Of a stretch of DNA of 64,000 bases, positions 18,257-31,928 are shown piece after piece. The DNA is from Raillietiella orientalis (taxonomy: Eukaryota), in contig JAYWIR010000029.1 of the NCBI GenBank assembly GCA_036172245.1, positions 1 to 64,000 of the forward strand, given 5' to 3'. The translations under genes and the position numbers were made by a program. How positions within the stretch are numbered: the first letter of the stretch is position 1; each line of letters opens with the position of its first letter. Under the pieces are notes generated by a model. It had not been told where the DNA came from, did no database searches, and saw nothing but the letters and a program-made list of their open reading frames with translations.

Positions 18257-21200
18257 TCACAGTTGCTGGTGGGGCCGTTGCATCCTTTGCAGGATGCCGG
18301 CAAGCTCCTTCTGTATTCCTGGATCCAGGTGGGGCCATCGGGACGCCCTCCTCAGGAACTGGAAGGCTGGCTGGATGGCACCATGGTCGCGTTGTCCTCC
18401 CGTAGCCTTGCTCCAAGCGGTGACGATCCCGCGTAGGCAGCACAAAGCTGCTAACGAGGCCGCTGGCCGAAGGGCGTCGGCAACGAAGAGGGCTTTCAGT
18501 GCGTCCCTGGGGTTGCCGCAGGGGATTCCGATGGCCGCGGCAAAGCGAAATTAAAGGGGCCGAAGGGCAACACAATCCACTAGCAGGTGGGGGAGGGACT
18601 CCCGTTCCCCACACCTGACGCAATTGGGGTCCACCGCTCCCCAGGTCCAGTGGTGTCGGCGGGCGTTGCAGGGGAGTCCCCAGTGCTGCAACAGAAGTGC
18701 CGACTCCTGCCATTTTAAGGGGAGGGCGGAAGTGTTCATGAGCACCGGGGGCCACTTCAGATGTTCAATGGGAACATCGAGCAGCGCGCCCCAGCGCAGA
18801 AGTCCATTGTGAGGCGTACTCGGTGTCGCAGCGTCTGTTAACTGGCCCGTCTTCCACTCTCCTATCTTCTTCTCCTTTCCGGAGATTGTTACTGTAACCA
18901 CCCACTTCGCCGCAACATCGCTGTCCAGATCTTCCATCAGGGAGGGCAGCGCAGCAGCGAGGGGGGTTCTTCCTGCCCACGCTCTCTTCTTCGGATCCTC
19001 CAGGATCTCGCGGAGCGTGCAACTTCTGTAATTCCCAAACAGAAACCTTCGTTTCTGTTGGGAGCGTTGCATGCCGAACTGTCCCCACGTTCGAACGGTT
19101 TCCTGCAACCAGGCACTACCGTTAAACGGGCGACAGGTGAGCAATCCTGGGTTTTTCCGATACAGCGCAGCCACCCTCCGTAGCTGGAGTCCGCATCGGT
19201 TGACGCGGCGACGGAGTGCAAGAAACGACGTCAGTCCCGTCTTGCCGGTGGCTTGCTGGAGAAGGAGACGTGCAGGGACGCACCAACAGGTGCACCACAA
19301 CTCTGGAACGAGTGCCGACAAGCGGAACTGGAGCTGAAGCTCCAGCCGCTCCAGCGTCAGGAGGCCCAGACCACCATCCCGACGAGGAGCGCACAAGTCC
19401 TTTAAGCGGACTCGGGCCCTCCCGTTGCCCCAAAGGGCTATACGGAGGAGGTCCTTTGTCCGCTTTTTAATCCTCTCTGTGAGGGGGCAATCAAAAAGCA
19501 GGGGGCGGAGAAGAGGAGCCGCGAACGTGTTCCAAACCACGGCCCGTTCAGGCAGGAAAAACCTGCCGCCTCGGAACGGGCCGATCGCCGTCTCTACTTT
19601 TTGAAGGCAGTTGGACCACGCTTCCGCAGGGGAGTAGTCCCCCAGCGGCACACCAAGGTACTTGAAGTACCTCACCGTGGGGATCCCCAAACGGACCCAG
19701 TCCTGCTGCCCTGCCCACGCCGCACCAACTGGCATCACGGACGACTTCGACCTGTTCACCGTAAGTCCGGTTCCCCGATGCAGCAGGTCGGAGAACTCCT
19801 CGACCGCCGCATTCGGGGTGGACATAGAGAGCAGCAGCAGAAGGTCGTCCGCGTATGCTGAAACGGCCGGCGTACCGGCACAGTCGTGCGGCAGGTGCGC
19901 CAGAGTTCCCCTGTACGCTCTCAGTACCAACTCAAAGTAGGTACTGAAGAGCAAGGGGCTCAGGCTGTCTCCCTGCCGGATCCCACGCCGCACCGGCACG
20001 CTGTGCACGGTCTGCCCGCTGAAAGTAACATTGATGAGCGCGTCGCGCCAGCAGGAGCGCAGATAGGCCACTAATGAGGCCAAGAAGCCCAAGCGTTCCA
20101 GAAGCTCCAGAAGGAGATTCTGGTCGACGCAATCGAATGCTTTTCGCAAGTCGATTGCGACCGCAAGGGCTCCCTCCATCACCCGACCATTCAACCTTTT
20201 GCCGGCGCACCCACCGGAATTCCGGCTGCGCACCAAGCTCCTTTCATGTTGGAGCTCTAGCCAGGTGGAAGCGTGGAACAGGTTCGCCTCCATGCTTCGC
20301 CCGGGAACAGCATATGTCTGTTCCGGGCTGATGAAGATGTTGGCAACCCGTCCCAGACGCTCTGCCCAAACCTTAGCCACCAACTTGTCGTCCGCATTCA
20401 CTATTGTGATGGGACGCCAGTTGTTCATGCTCCTCAGATCTCCTTTCTTAGGGAGGAGCCGCACCTTTGCCGAACGAAACGAGGCGGGAACGTCACCTGT
20501 TTCGCGTATCAGCAAGGTGAGTTGCTGTACCAGGGGGGTAAGCTCAGCCGCGAAAGTTTGATAAAACTCCGCGGGCAGGCCGTCCTCCCCTGGAGCCTTT
20601 CGCCTCTTGAGCTTTCCGATGGCCGAGAGGATCTCGTCCATCGTGAAAGGCTCGTCGAGGGTCTTTCTCTGCTCCTCTTCGATCGCTGGAGCGCCTTCCG
20701 GAAGCAGGAGTCGTGAGACGTTCCTCTCCGGAGGTGCCCTGGCATACAGGGAGGAGTAGTAACTCCGCAGCAGGCCGCGGATTTGGGCAGGTGTTCAGTG
20801 CTCCTGGCCCTGATCGTCCAGTAAGCTGGCCGATCCGGACTGCCAGGCTTGCCTCTCGGCTCCCGCTTTGTATTCCGCCAGCCTGCGGATATCGGGGGTT
20901 CTGGCGTAACGACGGGCCTGCAGGTAGGCTCGTTCGTTACGGACCCCGGTCCCAAAACCCGTAGGTAGGCGGTGCAGAGGGAACTGGTCGCAGAACTTTT
21001 GGATCGACCGCTTCAAGCGGTCCCAATCCTGGAGTGTCCGCAGCCTGAAGCTCCGTATGAACGTGCGGAGATGTTCAGCCGCGTCCGGGAGCTTCATCCA
21101 GTCCCCTGGGAGACGCCACGCTGACGAGGGGGGGCCCCTGTCGCGCGGATGGATCTCGAGGACTAGCGGGCGATGGTCGGACAGCTCGCACGGTAACTTG

Positions 21201-21838
21201 CCGCGCCTGCCCACGCGAGGGCACAGGTGCTCGTCAAGAAACACGTGGTCAATGCTGTCTTCCATCTTCGGTGCACTGGCCAACAGATTAAAGGTGTGCA
21301 CCGCCATGCACACCTCGTTGACCAGGTCACGCTCGGGATTCTGCTCATCTGGTTTCAGGCGAACGTTGAAATCGCCTGCAACCAGATGGGCATTCTGCAC
21401 GCCTGCTTCGGTCAGCCAGTCTCGCCAGAGGGCAAGGAAAAACTCTTTCCTCGCCCTCCTGTTCATCAGGTCCTTGCCGCTCGGTGCGTACACGTTCGTG
21501 ACGATCAGATCGATCGAGTCGGACCACCTGAGAGTCAGCTGGCCGACACGACCGTGATCGTCGAACCGCACGCCCCGAGCCGCGGCCTCGACGGCTGGCC
21601 GAAGCAGGTAGGCGACACCGCAACTTTTCGCTCTCCCACACCTGTACCATAGCCGCCCTCCGGAGATCCTTTCGATCTCTCTCGCTTGTTCTGCAGAGAT
21701 CACGTGGATCTCCTGCAGCAGCGCAAGGTCGTAGGACTCGAGAAGGGCGGCCATGTCTCGTCTACTGCCGGCGTCTGTCATGCCGTTCACATTCCAAACG
21801 GCGATGCACAGACGACGGCGGGAGGAGATTCCCGGCAT
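18257..21838 (-). pseudogene. A ORF2 (APE-RT-zinc finger), frameshift near 20800 and stop at 18551
   Basis: ORFs 20795-21838 (WNVNG, GDFN, SDH), 18551-20641 (KAFD, YADD, zinc finger) and 18257-18445. Confidence 0.92.
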
Positions 21839-22220
21839 TACTGCTGGGAAGATTAAGGTGTGGGGGAGCCCTCCTCTTGCGAGGCGGGCGGGATGTCCAT
21901 GGGGGTTTCGGCCTTCTCAGGCACCTGAGTCACCTGTTCGGCCTCCACCCCCTCCATCCCCTCCGTGTTGGTGCGTGGGAGTTTCTCGGGCGACGGGTTC
22001 CGAGAGTTTCCCACGCTCATGGCACCCTCGCTTGCGGAAGCCATCTCTTCCCCTTCGACGGGGGAGACGAGCTTCCTTGGCTTTGTGGACTTACGTCCAG
22101 CCTTCTTGCGCGGTGCCGTGGAAACGCAGGCTGCGCTTCCGGCCTCCACCTCGGGGTCGGAAGTGAGGGACTCCTGAGGGGAGGCCGGACGCCTTACGGC
22201 CTTCTTGCCAGCCTTGGAGG
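21838..22220 (-). pseudogene. A ORF1 C-terminal part
   Basis: SKAGKKAVRRPASP...RKKAGRKSTKPRK, colinear with the ORF1 tail of element D (49679-50326). Confidence 0.8.
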
Positions 22221-22431
22221 TTTACACCCAAGTACGCCCGGGGCGTTTATTTTAAAAAAACTCGACATCCGCGGTACAAGGCCCCGCTCACGGCCATATG
22301 CACTGGACCTGCCGGGACACCGGGACGCAGCCCAGCGTAGCGTTCCTCAGCAGCGAAGGGGGATGGGGATAAAACAAAAAGAAAAATAAAAAAAATAAAC
22401 AGACAAAAAGAAGTTAAGGGCAGGGAAGGGA

Positions 22432-25400
22432 TCACTGAACGCTGTGAGGAGGGCCCATCCGTTGAAGGAAGCCCTCGAGGTCCGTCCGTATATTCCCCAG
22501 TTGGGGCCATCCGGCAGCTCTCCGCATGAAGCGTTGGGCGTATGGGATGACATCCCTCGCAATTGGATCCACTCCATCGTTATTGGCGTCGCTCCATGCC
22601 GCCACGATGCCACGGACACAGCACAACGCTGCGATGGATGCGGCTGGCTGCAGTGCGTCCTTCACGAAGAGGGGCCGAAGAACGTCTCTGGGGGTGCTGC
22701 CCGTAGGGAGCTCAAGGGTCGCCCCGAACCGTTCCCAGAGGGATCGGTTGGTAGCACAGTCCACAATAAGGTGGGAGAGCGATTCCCTCTCTCCGCACCA
22801 GACACACTCAGGATCCACAGTTCCCCTTGTCCAGTGGAAGCGGCGTGCGTTGCAGGGTAATCCCCAGTGCAGCAGTAGCAACGCCGACTCTTGCCACTTA
22901 AGGGGCAGGATCCTGGATTCCTTTAGTACCAAGGGCCACTTCAGCACATCCGTAGGGATGGCGAGCAGCTCGCCCCATCTCATTAATCCACGCGGCTGGA
23001 CGCTCGGGGTCGTGGCGTCCGCCAGTTTTCCTGTGGTCCAGCCGCTTAACATCTTCTCTCTGCCTGCGATCTGGCAGGTGACTTGCCACCTCGGCTTCTG
23101 GCGGTCCTGGAGCGCCCTCAGGAGGTAGGGCATCGCCGTAGCAAGGGAAGTCATCAACGCCCACCTGCGACTCCGAGCAAATTCAAGTATTTCCCGCAGG
23201 GTGCGGTTGGCGTATGGGCCGATTCGCAGGCAGTTCAGGTGGTTTTCACTCCTCCGGTTCAGCTTAGCCCATGTGCCAGCAGACTCCTCTAACCAGGCGG
23301 AGGAGTTGGCGGGGCCACAAACCATCCAACCGTTCGTCTTCGCCTAGGTTGCTATGCGTCCGAGCATAAGGCCGCATCTTCGGATCTTCCGGCCAGGATA
23401 CAGAAGAAACGACGCGAGTCCTTCGCGTCGGTACACACGCCTGGCGAGGTGGCGGGCCGGAACGCACCAAGGGGTGCTCCACATCTTCGCTGCGATGGCG
23501 AGGGTTCGCCACCGCAGCTGGATTTCCACGCGCACCAGCGTCAGGAGGCGAAGGCCGCCGTCCAGACGCGGAGCGCACAAGTCCATCAGAGGGACTCGGG
23601 GCCTCCCCTTGCCCCAAAGGGCGATGCGAAGGAGTTCCTTTCTCCTCTTTTTGCATTCTCTGGGGGCGGGGCAAACAAAAAGCAAGGGGCGGAGGATGGG
23701 GGCCGCGAAGGCGTTCCAAACCGCGGCCCGTTCCGGCAAGTGAAACTTGCCTTCCAGGAACTGGCCGATAGCCGTCTCAACTTTTTGAAGACAGCTGGAC
23801 CACGCTTCCGCAGGGGAGTAGTCACCCAACGGCACACCGAGGAACTTGAGGCACCTCGCCGTGGGGATACCCAGACGGAACCAGTCCTGCTGCCCTGCCC
23901 ACGCCGCACTTATTGGCACCACCGACGACATCGCCCTGTTGACCTGCAGTCCGGTCCCATGGCTGAGCAGATCGAAGAAGTCTCCGACCGTTTTCGCCGG
24001 GGTGGACATAGGTAACAGGAGCAGAAGGTCGTTGGCATAGGCTGCTACGGCAGGCGTGCCGGGACACGAGCAAGGCAAGGAGGCCAAAGTCACCCTGTAG
24101 GCTCTCAGCACCAACTCAATGTAGGTGCTGAAGAGCAAGGGAATCAGGCTATCTCCCTGCCTGATGCCCCGCCGCACCGGCACGTCATGCACTTTCTGAC
24201 CGCTGAAAGAGACGGAAATTATGGCATGGCGCCAGCAGGAGCGCAGGTAGTTGAACAAGGAGGGTGGGAAGCCCATGCGACCCAGGAGCTCCAACAAAAG
24301 CCCCTGGTCAACACAGTCGAACGCCTTATGGAGATCGACTGCGAGCGCTAAGGCCCCCTTCGCCGCCCGGGAGTCCATTCCCTACCCTGCTGGCGGCCCC
24401 AAAGTGGGGTTGCCGATTTTTCCTTTCCCTTCCTTTTGACACCTCTGCGCGTGCATATACGTGCTCGCGAAGAAGAGGTTGGCATCCATACTTCGCCCGG
24501 GAACAGCATATGTCTGCTCCGGGCTAATAATGGATTCTGCCACCTGCCCCAGACGCGAAGCCCATAGCCCGGCAACCAACTTGGCGTCCCTATTCACAAT
24601 CGTGATCGGACGCCAGTTGTTCAAATTCCTAAGGTCTCCCCCTTTCGGAAGGAGCCTCACTCTGGCTGACCGAAACGAGGCGGGAACATCGCCTTCGTCT
24701 CGGATCAGCCTTGTCAGCTGAAGCAGCAGGGGTGCCAGCTCTTCCGCGAAGATCTGATAGAACACCGCGGGCAAGCTGTCTTCCCCTGGAGCTTTCCGCC
24801 TCTTCAGCCTTTTGATACCGGCGAGAATTTCGCCGGTGGTAAAAGGCTCATCGAGGTTTAACGACTCCTCCTCCCCTATTGCCGGGGCACCATCCGGAAG
24901 CAAGAGCCGAGAGGCATCTTGATCCGGAAGCGCCCTGGCGTAAAGGGAGGAATAATAACTCCGCACGAGATGCCGTACCGACGCCGGGGACGAACATTCC
25001 CGGCCCTGGTCGTCCAGCAAGCTGGCCGACCCGGATTGCCAGGCTTGGCGTTCGGCCCCGGCGCAGTACTCGGCCAGGCGACGGACATTAGGAATTCGCT
25101 CGTACCTACGGGCCTGTAAATAGGCCCGATGGTTGCGAGGACCCTCGCCGAATCCGGAGGGCAGGCGGTCCAGGGGCAACTGCTCGCAGAATTACCGGAG
25201 CGATTCCTTAAAAAGGTCCCAGTCTTGGAGATTCCGGAGCGTGACGCCTCTCAGGTATTCGCGAAGGTGTTCCTTCGCACCTGAGATTCGCGTCCAGTCC
25301 CCCGGCAGACGCCGTTCTCTGGATGGCGGTCCTTTGTCGCGAGGCCGCATCTCGAAAATTAACCGGGAATGGTCCGACAACGTTGACGCAACCCTCCCCC

Positions 25401-25568
25401 GTTTGCCGACCCGTGAACACAGGTCAGCGTCGAGGAAGACGTGGTCGATGCTGCGGACCATTCCCCTCTCACCCGCGAACAAGTTGCGCGCACGCATGGC
25501 GGCGCCCAACTCGTTCATCGCGTTCACTTGTGTTTCCGGCTCACCTGTTAGCAGGCGGAGATTGAAAT
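22432..25568 (-). pseudogene. B1 ORF2, 3' portion (end of APE, RT, zinc finger) with in-frame stops
   Basis: Colinear ORFs 25192-25575, 24382-25179, 23344-24378 and 22432-23325. Confidence 0.9.
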
Positions 25569-25881
25569 TTATCACTCGGTCACGCCGGGGCGTTTATTAA
25601 TAATGATAAACTGGTCAGGGACAATGTCCCCAACCAAGAGAACGACAGAGAACATAGAAAATTTACCGGCACGCAGGCCTGGTAAACAAACCGCTCGCAG
25701 CGTGGGGGGAATGAGGGGAAACAAACAAAAATCAAAAACTGGAGGGAAGGGTAACGGGTTTTTGGTTAGGCTCCGTACTCACGGGGATTTAAACGATGAG
25801 CACCTAAAATGTTCCGGAGCCTATGGGGACGCGGGTGTAAAAAGAAAATACAAAAATAGTTTATGGAGGGTAGGGCAATGA

Positions 25882-28800
25882 TCACCGGGTTGCCCGCTGC
25901 TGAGCGTGTGTAAACCGGCGGTGTATTGCTGCGAGATTCCTCTTTGTCTCCTCTGTCAAATGAGGCCATCTAGCGGATGCTCCTATGTAGAAGGATGCTT
26001 TGCTGATTACCGCTTGGTGCTGTCCGTTGATTACCAACGCCTGGCGGACGGAAACTATCGCGCGTATGCAACCGATGGTTGCAATCCTTGCGCTTAGTGA
26101 CAGCCCGCTCGGCGTGACGAATCGTCGCAGCAAGTCTCTTGCGGTGTCCACGGGATGCATTAGTGCTGTTGCCAGCCTACGCCACAGTCCTTGTAGGACA
26201 TTACCCAGTCCGTGGGATGGGGTCTCAGACCGTCGAATCCTTTGCCTGTTCTGTAATGCCGTCCCCGGGTCACGATGCCAACACTCGTTGCACTGAAAAC
26301 CCCAGTGAACAGCAGCTTGCGGCTTGTTTCCAAGCAAGGGGGAGCAGCGAACTGTCCATACACTGTGCAGGGACTACAAGTTCTTCGGGGGTGACAGCAA
26401 GTTCTTCTGCCCACCGGAGGAGTCCCTTTGCAGTAACACGAGGAGTGGCGGCGTCCGCCAACTCACTTGTCTTCCAGGTGTCAAGGAGTTTGGTTCTTCC
26501 CGCTATCGTGCAGGAAACCTCCCACCTCGCCGGTTGGTAACTGTCGTTTCTTGCCCTGAGGACAGACAGCGCTGCGGCAAGAGGCGTGGCAGCCAGGGTA
26601 GAAAACTTCACCTCGTCCTGCAGTACTTCTTCCAAGGATCGTGGAAAAAATTGGCGCAGGGGGCGAAGATCTTCAGGGCGTATTCCTTGGAACGCCGCCC
26701 AGGATTCAACATACTCCTGCCGCCAAGCTTCAAAGTTCATTGGGCGGCAGGAGATCCAAGAGTGTGCTACCAGAAGTGCGGTCAACTGCCGCAATGGAAA
26801 ACCGAAACCCCGCTTCCTGTATTGAGTGCCCGGAAAAAACGAGAGAAATCCTTTGCTGCCGGCGCATCTCCGCAGGAGAATGCAAGCTGGCACACACAGG
26901 GGGGATGTCCATAGCCGGGCACACAGTGCCAGCAGTCGGAGCTGCACCTGCAGTCCGATTCGCTCCATTGTCAGGATACCCAAACCAGCATCCCGACGCG
27001 GAGCTGACAAATCTTTAAGGCGGATCCTCGATCTCGCCGGACCCCAGAGAGCGTTCCTGAGCAGGCGCTTAGCCCGCTGTTTTGCCGCATAGGGGGGGTC
27101 CAAAACAAAAAACAGGGGACGGAGGAGGGGGGCCACAAAGGTGTTCCAAATAGTCGCCCGTTCCTGCAACGTAAACTTGCCGTTAAAGAACGGGCTGATG
27201 GCCAACTCTGCTTTCTGAAGACAGTCCGCCCACGCTTCGGCTGCGCCGAAAGCGCCCAACGGAACGCCAAGGTACTTAAAGTACCCGCCCGTGGGGATCA
27301 TCAGGCGGATCCAGTCGGACTGCCCCTCCCACGACGTACCCACAGGAACGACCACGCTCTTCTCTCTGTTCACGCTCACGCCCGCTCCCCGACGAATCAG
27401 GTCGAAGAAATCCTCGACACTGGACGCCAGGGTGGACATGGGGAGCAGAAGAAGCAGGTCATCAGCGTAGGCGGCCACGGCAGGAGTTCCCGGGCAGGAG
27501 CTTGGCAAGTGAGAGAGCGTCAGCCTGTATGCTCTTAGCACCAACTCAAAGAAGATGCTGAAGAGCAACGGGCTTAAGCTGTCGCCCTGTCGGATGCCCC
27601 TACGAACGGGAATACCATACACGCGGCAGCCGCTAAAAGTGATGCAGGTTAGCGCGTGGCGCCAGCACGCGCGCAAATACAGCAGTAGTTGCGCCGGGAA
27701 CCCAAGGCGTTCCATAAGCTCCAAAAGCAGCTTCTGGTTTACGCAGTCGAACGCCTTGTGGAGATCGACCGCGACCGCCAAGGCACCTGGCGTTCCCTCC
27801 TGCCGTCGGCGCCTGTTCTTTTTGCCTGCGGCAGTGACTTTCGCAGCAGCCTGGCTTTGCTGCGCCACAACTTCCTGCAGCTGCATCCATGTACGCGCGA
27901 AAAGGATGTTCGCCTCCATGGATCGTCCCGGAACCGCGTAGGTTTGTTCCGGGCTCACCACAGATTCCGCGATTCTTCCTAACCGCGCGACCCACGGCTT
28001 GGAAAACAACTTGACGTCCGAGTTCATCAAGGTGATCGGACGCCAGTTGTTAAGTTGGCGCAAGTCTCCGCCTTTCGGCAGGAGACGCACCTTCGCTGGG
28101 CGGAAGGAATCCGGGACATTCCCGGACTCACTCATCAGCGTCGCGAGTTTCAGCATCAAGGAAATGAGCTCCACTGGAAAGCACTGATAAAACTCTGCAG
28201 GGAGCCCATCCTCGCCTGGCGCCTTTCGTCTCTTCAGCCCAGCGATGGCGGACGAAAATTTATCCGCCGTGAAGGGCTCGTCGAGACGTTCGCGTTCCTC
28301 CTCGCCGACAACACGAGCGTCCTGAGACACGAGTATCTCAGAAAGAATATTTTTCGTCAAGGATTCCGCGTAGAGCGAGGAGTAGTAGCGTCTCACAAAG
28401 CAACGTACTTCGGCTGGGGCCGAACATTCCTGGCCCTTGTCGTCCAACAGGCATGCTGCTCCGGACTGCCAGACCTGGCGCTCGGCCCTCGCTTTGTACT
28501 CTGCGAGACGCCCGACATCCGCGCGTCTCGAAAACGTGCGGGCCTGCAGAAAGTCTTTACTGTTGGCCACGCCCTCTCCGAAACCGCGTGGAAGCCGGTG
28601 CAAAGGGAATTGACAACAGAACTCGCGGACAGATCTTTTGAGATCGTCCCAGTCCTCAAGTTCTCGAATGGCAAAGCCCCGGAGGTATCCACGTAGATGC
28701 TCCGCAGCCAACGGTTGGCTGAGCCAATCCGCCTGCATCCTCCAGCTTTGCAACGGAGGCCCCCTGCCTGGCGGAAGGATCTCAAACTCCAACCTGTGGT

Positions 28801-29464
28801 GGTCAGAAAGCTCAGTCAACAATCTTCCTCTCCTACCCACACCCGAATGCAGGTTTTCATCGAGGAAAACGTGATTGAGCGATCTTTCCATTCCAGGTTC
28901 GCTGACCATCAAGTTGGCGGCGTCCACGGACGCGCACATCTCGATGGGCAGCGCGCGCTCCCTCGGGCGGCTCCAATCGTCGGAGAGCAGGCGGGCGTTG
29001 AAGTCCCCAGCGACGAGGTGCGCCACTTGGAAGCCGGAGTTGTTGAGCCACTGGCTCTGCACCTCACCAAAGAAAACTACTCTTTCTTCGAGGTAGCGAG
29101 AGCCACTCGGCGCGTAGACGTTCGTAACGACGAGATCGATGGACTCGGACCACTTGATGACAAGCTGGCCTATCCGTCCGTTGTCATCGAAACGAACACT
29201 ACGCACCGCTTCCGCCATTTTTCCTCTTACGGAGAACGCGACGCCGCACGTGTGTGCGCCGCCGCATCGCCAATGTAGCGTTCCGCCTGCGCGCTCCTCG
29301 ATTTCGGCTGCCTGCTCGTCGGAGATTACGTGAATCTCCTGCAGCAGCGCGAGGTCGAAGGGCCGCAGGGCGTTCGCTACTAATCGCCTCTTCTCGTTGT
29401 TCTGCAGTCCGTTCACGTTCCAACACGTTACGGACAGACGACGAGAAGACGCGATTCCCCGCAT
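25882..29464 (-). pseudogene. C copy 2 ORF2, longest open ORF2 in the window (1064 aa), frameshift near 26310 and damaged zinc finger
   Basis: ORF 26270-29464 carries all APE and RT motifs; the C-terminus continues in ORF 25882-26337. Confidence 0.92.
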
Positions 29465-31382
29465 TACTGCTGGGAAGGTGGCAGCTTTTTGCTCACTTTA
29501 TCCGGCGAGCAGACGGCGAGCCGCACGACTGGCTGGAGGGGACGGTCGCCACCGTCCTCTGTCGTGCTGCATGCATATAATGCCTCCACGCCAGGCTTAA
29601 CCCCGTCGGGTTTCGTGGAGACTTCGCGTTGCTTCGCGGCCAGCGTTGCCTGGCTGCCTACTTTTGATCGGCGCGCACACGCTTTCGAACGATTTGTCCT
29701 CGTCTCGGTGATCGGAACGGCATCCATTTCGGAGTCCGACCGGCGCATGTTCGATCGGGTTTCGGCCTTCCGCGAAGCAGTGACAGGTTCTGCTGGATTG
29801 ACAGCTGTCCTGTTTTCGTTTTCCGTCACCAGAGCATCGCTTTTGGTGACGGCTGCTTTCCCGGCGCGCGCGTTTTCAGCGTGCTCACGCGCAGTTGCAC
29901 GAGGGACCTTTGCTGAAGTCTTCTTTACTTCATTACGGTTCCTCACTTCGCGTGGCGCCGTAAATAAAGATTGTGCTCCATTGCCATCTTTGAAGCCATT
30001 CGCGTCTTTAGACGGGAGCACTTTCAATGACTCCGACACGCTCGTCATGGACGCTGTCTTCGAAAGGGCTATTAATCCCTTCGTTGGCATGGCATTCGCG
30101 TCAGTCGAGAGCTTTTTCTCCGACTGCGACGGCGTAAGATTTTTCTCCGCTTTCGCGGTGTTGGAACGCGACGCGGATTTTTTTTCGCCGACTTCCGAAG
30201 ACGACACGGCACAACTCTTCTTACCCGATTTGGGCTTCTCAGCCACTGCACGAGGTGAAGGAAAGGATCTCACGGTACTGGAAGTGTCGTTACCGCCGTG
30301 GTTTATCGGCTTCCCGCCGGTTGCTCGAACTCCGAGAGAGCCGGGCGTGCTTGGGAAGGACAGCTAGTGCGCCTAGGGGGACTTACCATTGCCCGGATTC
30401 CCCGCACCCTTTCTTTTGCGGCTCCCCTGTCGCGATAGGGGCGCGCAGGGCTTCGCGTGCGAGGTTTCCTGCTGCTTTCGGGCGACATTGCGCCTCGCGT
30501 CTTTACGGAATTTCTGCCGTGAGGTCTCCAGGTTTTTTGCGAATTTTTTCTATTCATCCGCGCTTTGTTTTTGAAGATGGAGCTATGCGGCTGCCTTTTT
30601 TCGCCAAAGATCCTCCAATTTTTCAATTGGTGCCCGGATAGTTTGCAATAACGGCATTTTCCAGAGGGGGATTTATATAAACAATGCCCTTCCTTCCCGC
30701 ATTGCTCGCACGTTCTTACTTTGCCCACGAACCACAGGTGAACGACCGTGTCTTTCACCTGTAGTATAATGGGCAGCAGACGGCGTTCCGGCATTGTAAG
30801 CCGGACTCCAGCGACTCTGCTGTGTATGGACGAGAAGTCCTTGAGGCTGCTACGCACCCTCAACAGCGCATGGACCGTGGCGAATTTCGCTAACGCGTTC
30901 CGAATATCAATATCCGAGATTTCCGACCCGATGTCGAAAATCTCCGCCACAAATGAGTCGTCCATGGCGGCCGGGAAGACCTTCTGGGCATGGATCGAAA
31001 AAGGGGTGCGCAGCAAGCGTTGCACAAGTGCAGCCTCTTTGCAACGCACCTTGAAATAGCCCATATCCTTTACGGGCATAATGGGGAGGAGGTTTTCCTT
31101 TCGCACGCCAGCACGGGCCAGTTCATCGTTGGACTGATTCCCGTCGCGCGCAGAAAGAAAACCACTCACCTTATATCGGAGAGCAGGTCTAGAGCCTTGG
31201 GCTACGTATGCCTGCAAATCCGACTCGTCGAGTGGTTTCCCTTTGACGGCTGCTGTGGCAGCAACGTCAGCAAACCTCCTCTCCCTTGGCGAGAAAGACG
31301 AAGTGGAGGCGGCCGTCGGTTCCGCGATTGCAGATCCGGATGCTGTTCCTCCAACTTCAGTAGCTTCAAGTTGGGTCGACAT
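29464..31382 (-). pseudogene. C copy 2 ORF1, frameshifted
   Basis: ORFs 30303-31406 and 29464-30273 match 10963-12885. Confidence 0.88.
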
Positions 31383-31928
31383 CGTCGTCAAATTGTACGA
31401 CGCCAAGATGAAGCGGATGAAAGCACGGAGACGAGAGCGAAGAAAAACACGTCCGCACTCGATTGAAATCTCCCGCTATCAGGTGAGCCTTCCGCACGCT
31501 CGTGTTCGCCAGCCAGTCGCGCTTCAAGGATTCAAGCAGCCTGGTACGGTTGCTGTATCCCTTTTGACCGGTTGGGGCGTACACATTCGTGACGATCAGA
31601 TCGATCGAGTCCGACAAGCCGAGAGTCAGCTGACCGACCCGACCGTCGTCATCGAAGCGCACGCCCTTCACGGCAGCGTCGATGGCCGGCTTCACGAAGA
31701 ACGCGACCCCGCAGGTGTTGCGGATGCCGCATTGCCAGTACAGCCGACCCCCCGCGATCGTCTCGATCTCCTGGACGTCTGCCGCGGTGATCACGTGGAT
31801 CTCCTGCAACCGGGCCAGGTCGAACTCCCGCAGGGTGTCGGCTGTATCTCGCCTGTTACCGTCGTCGCGCAGCCCGTTGACATTCCAACAGGCCGCGCGA
31901 ATCCGACGGCGACTGGCGAGCCCAGGTG

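Larger units (their letters stand above)
25569..31460 (-). mobile_element. Full-length C element, copy 2, 9-bp TSD
   Basis: GATTGAAAT at 25560-25568 and 31461-31469; same termini as copy 1. Confidence 0.95.

Noticed and set aside
26270..29464. Long RT ORF as a bacterial group II intron, retron, DGR or defence RT
   Set aside because: The N-terminal APE domain, upstream zinc-knuckle ORF1, C-terminal zinc finger, AATAAA and TSDs identify a eukaryotic non-LTR retrotransposon.
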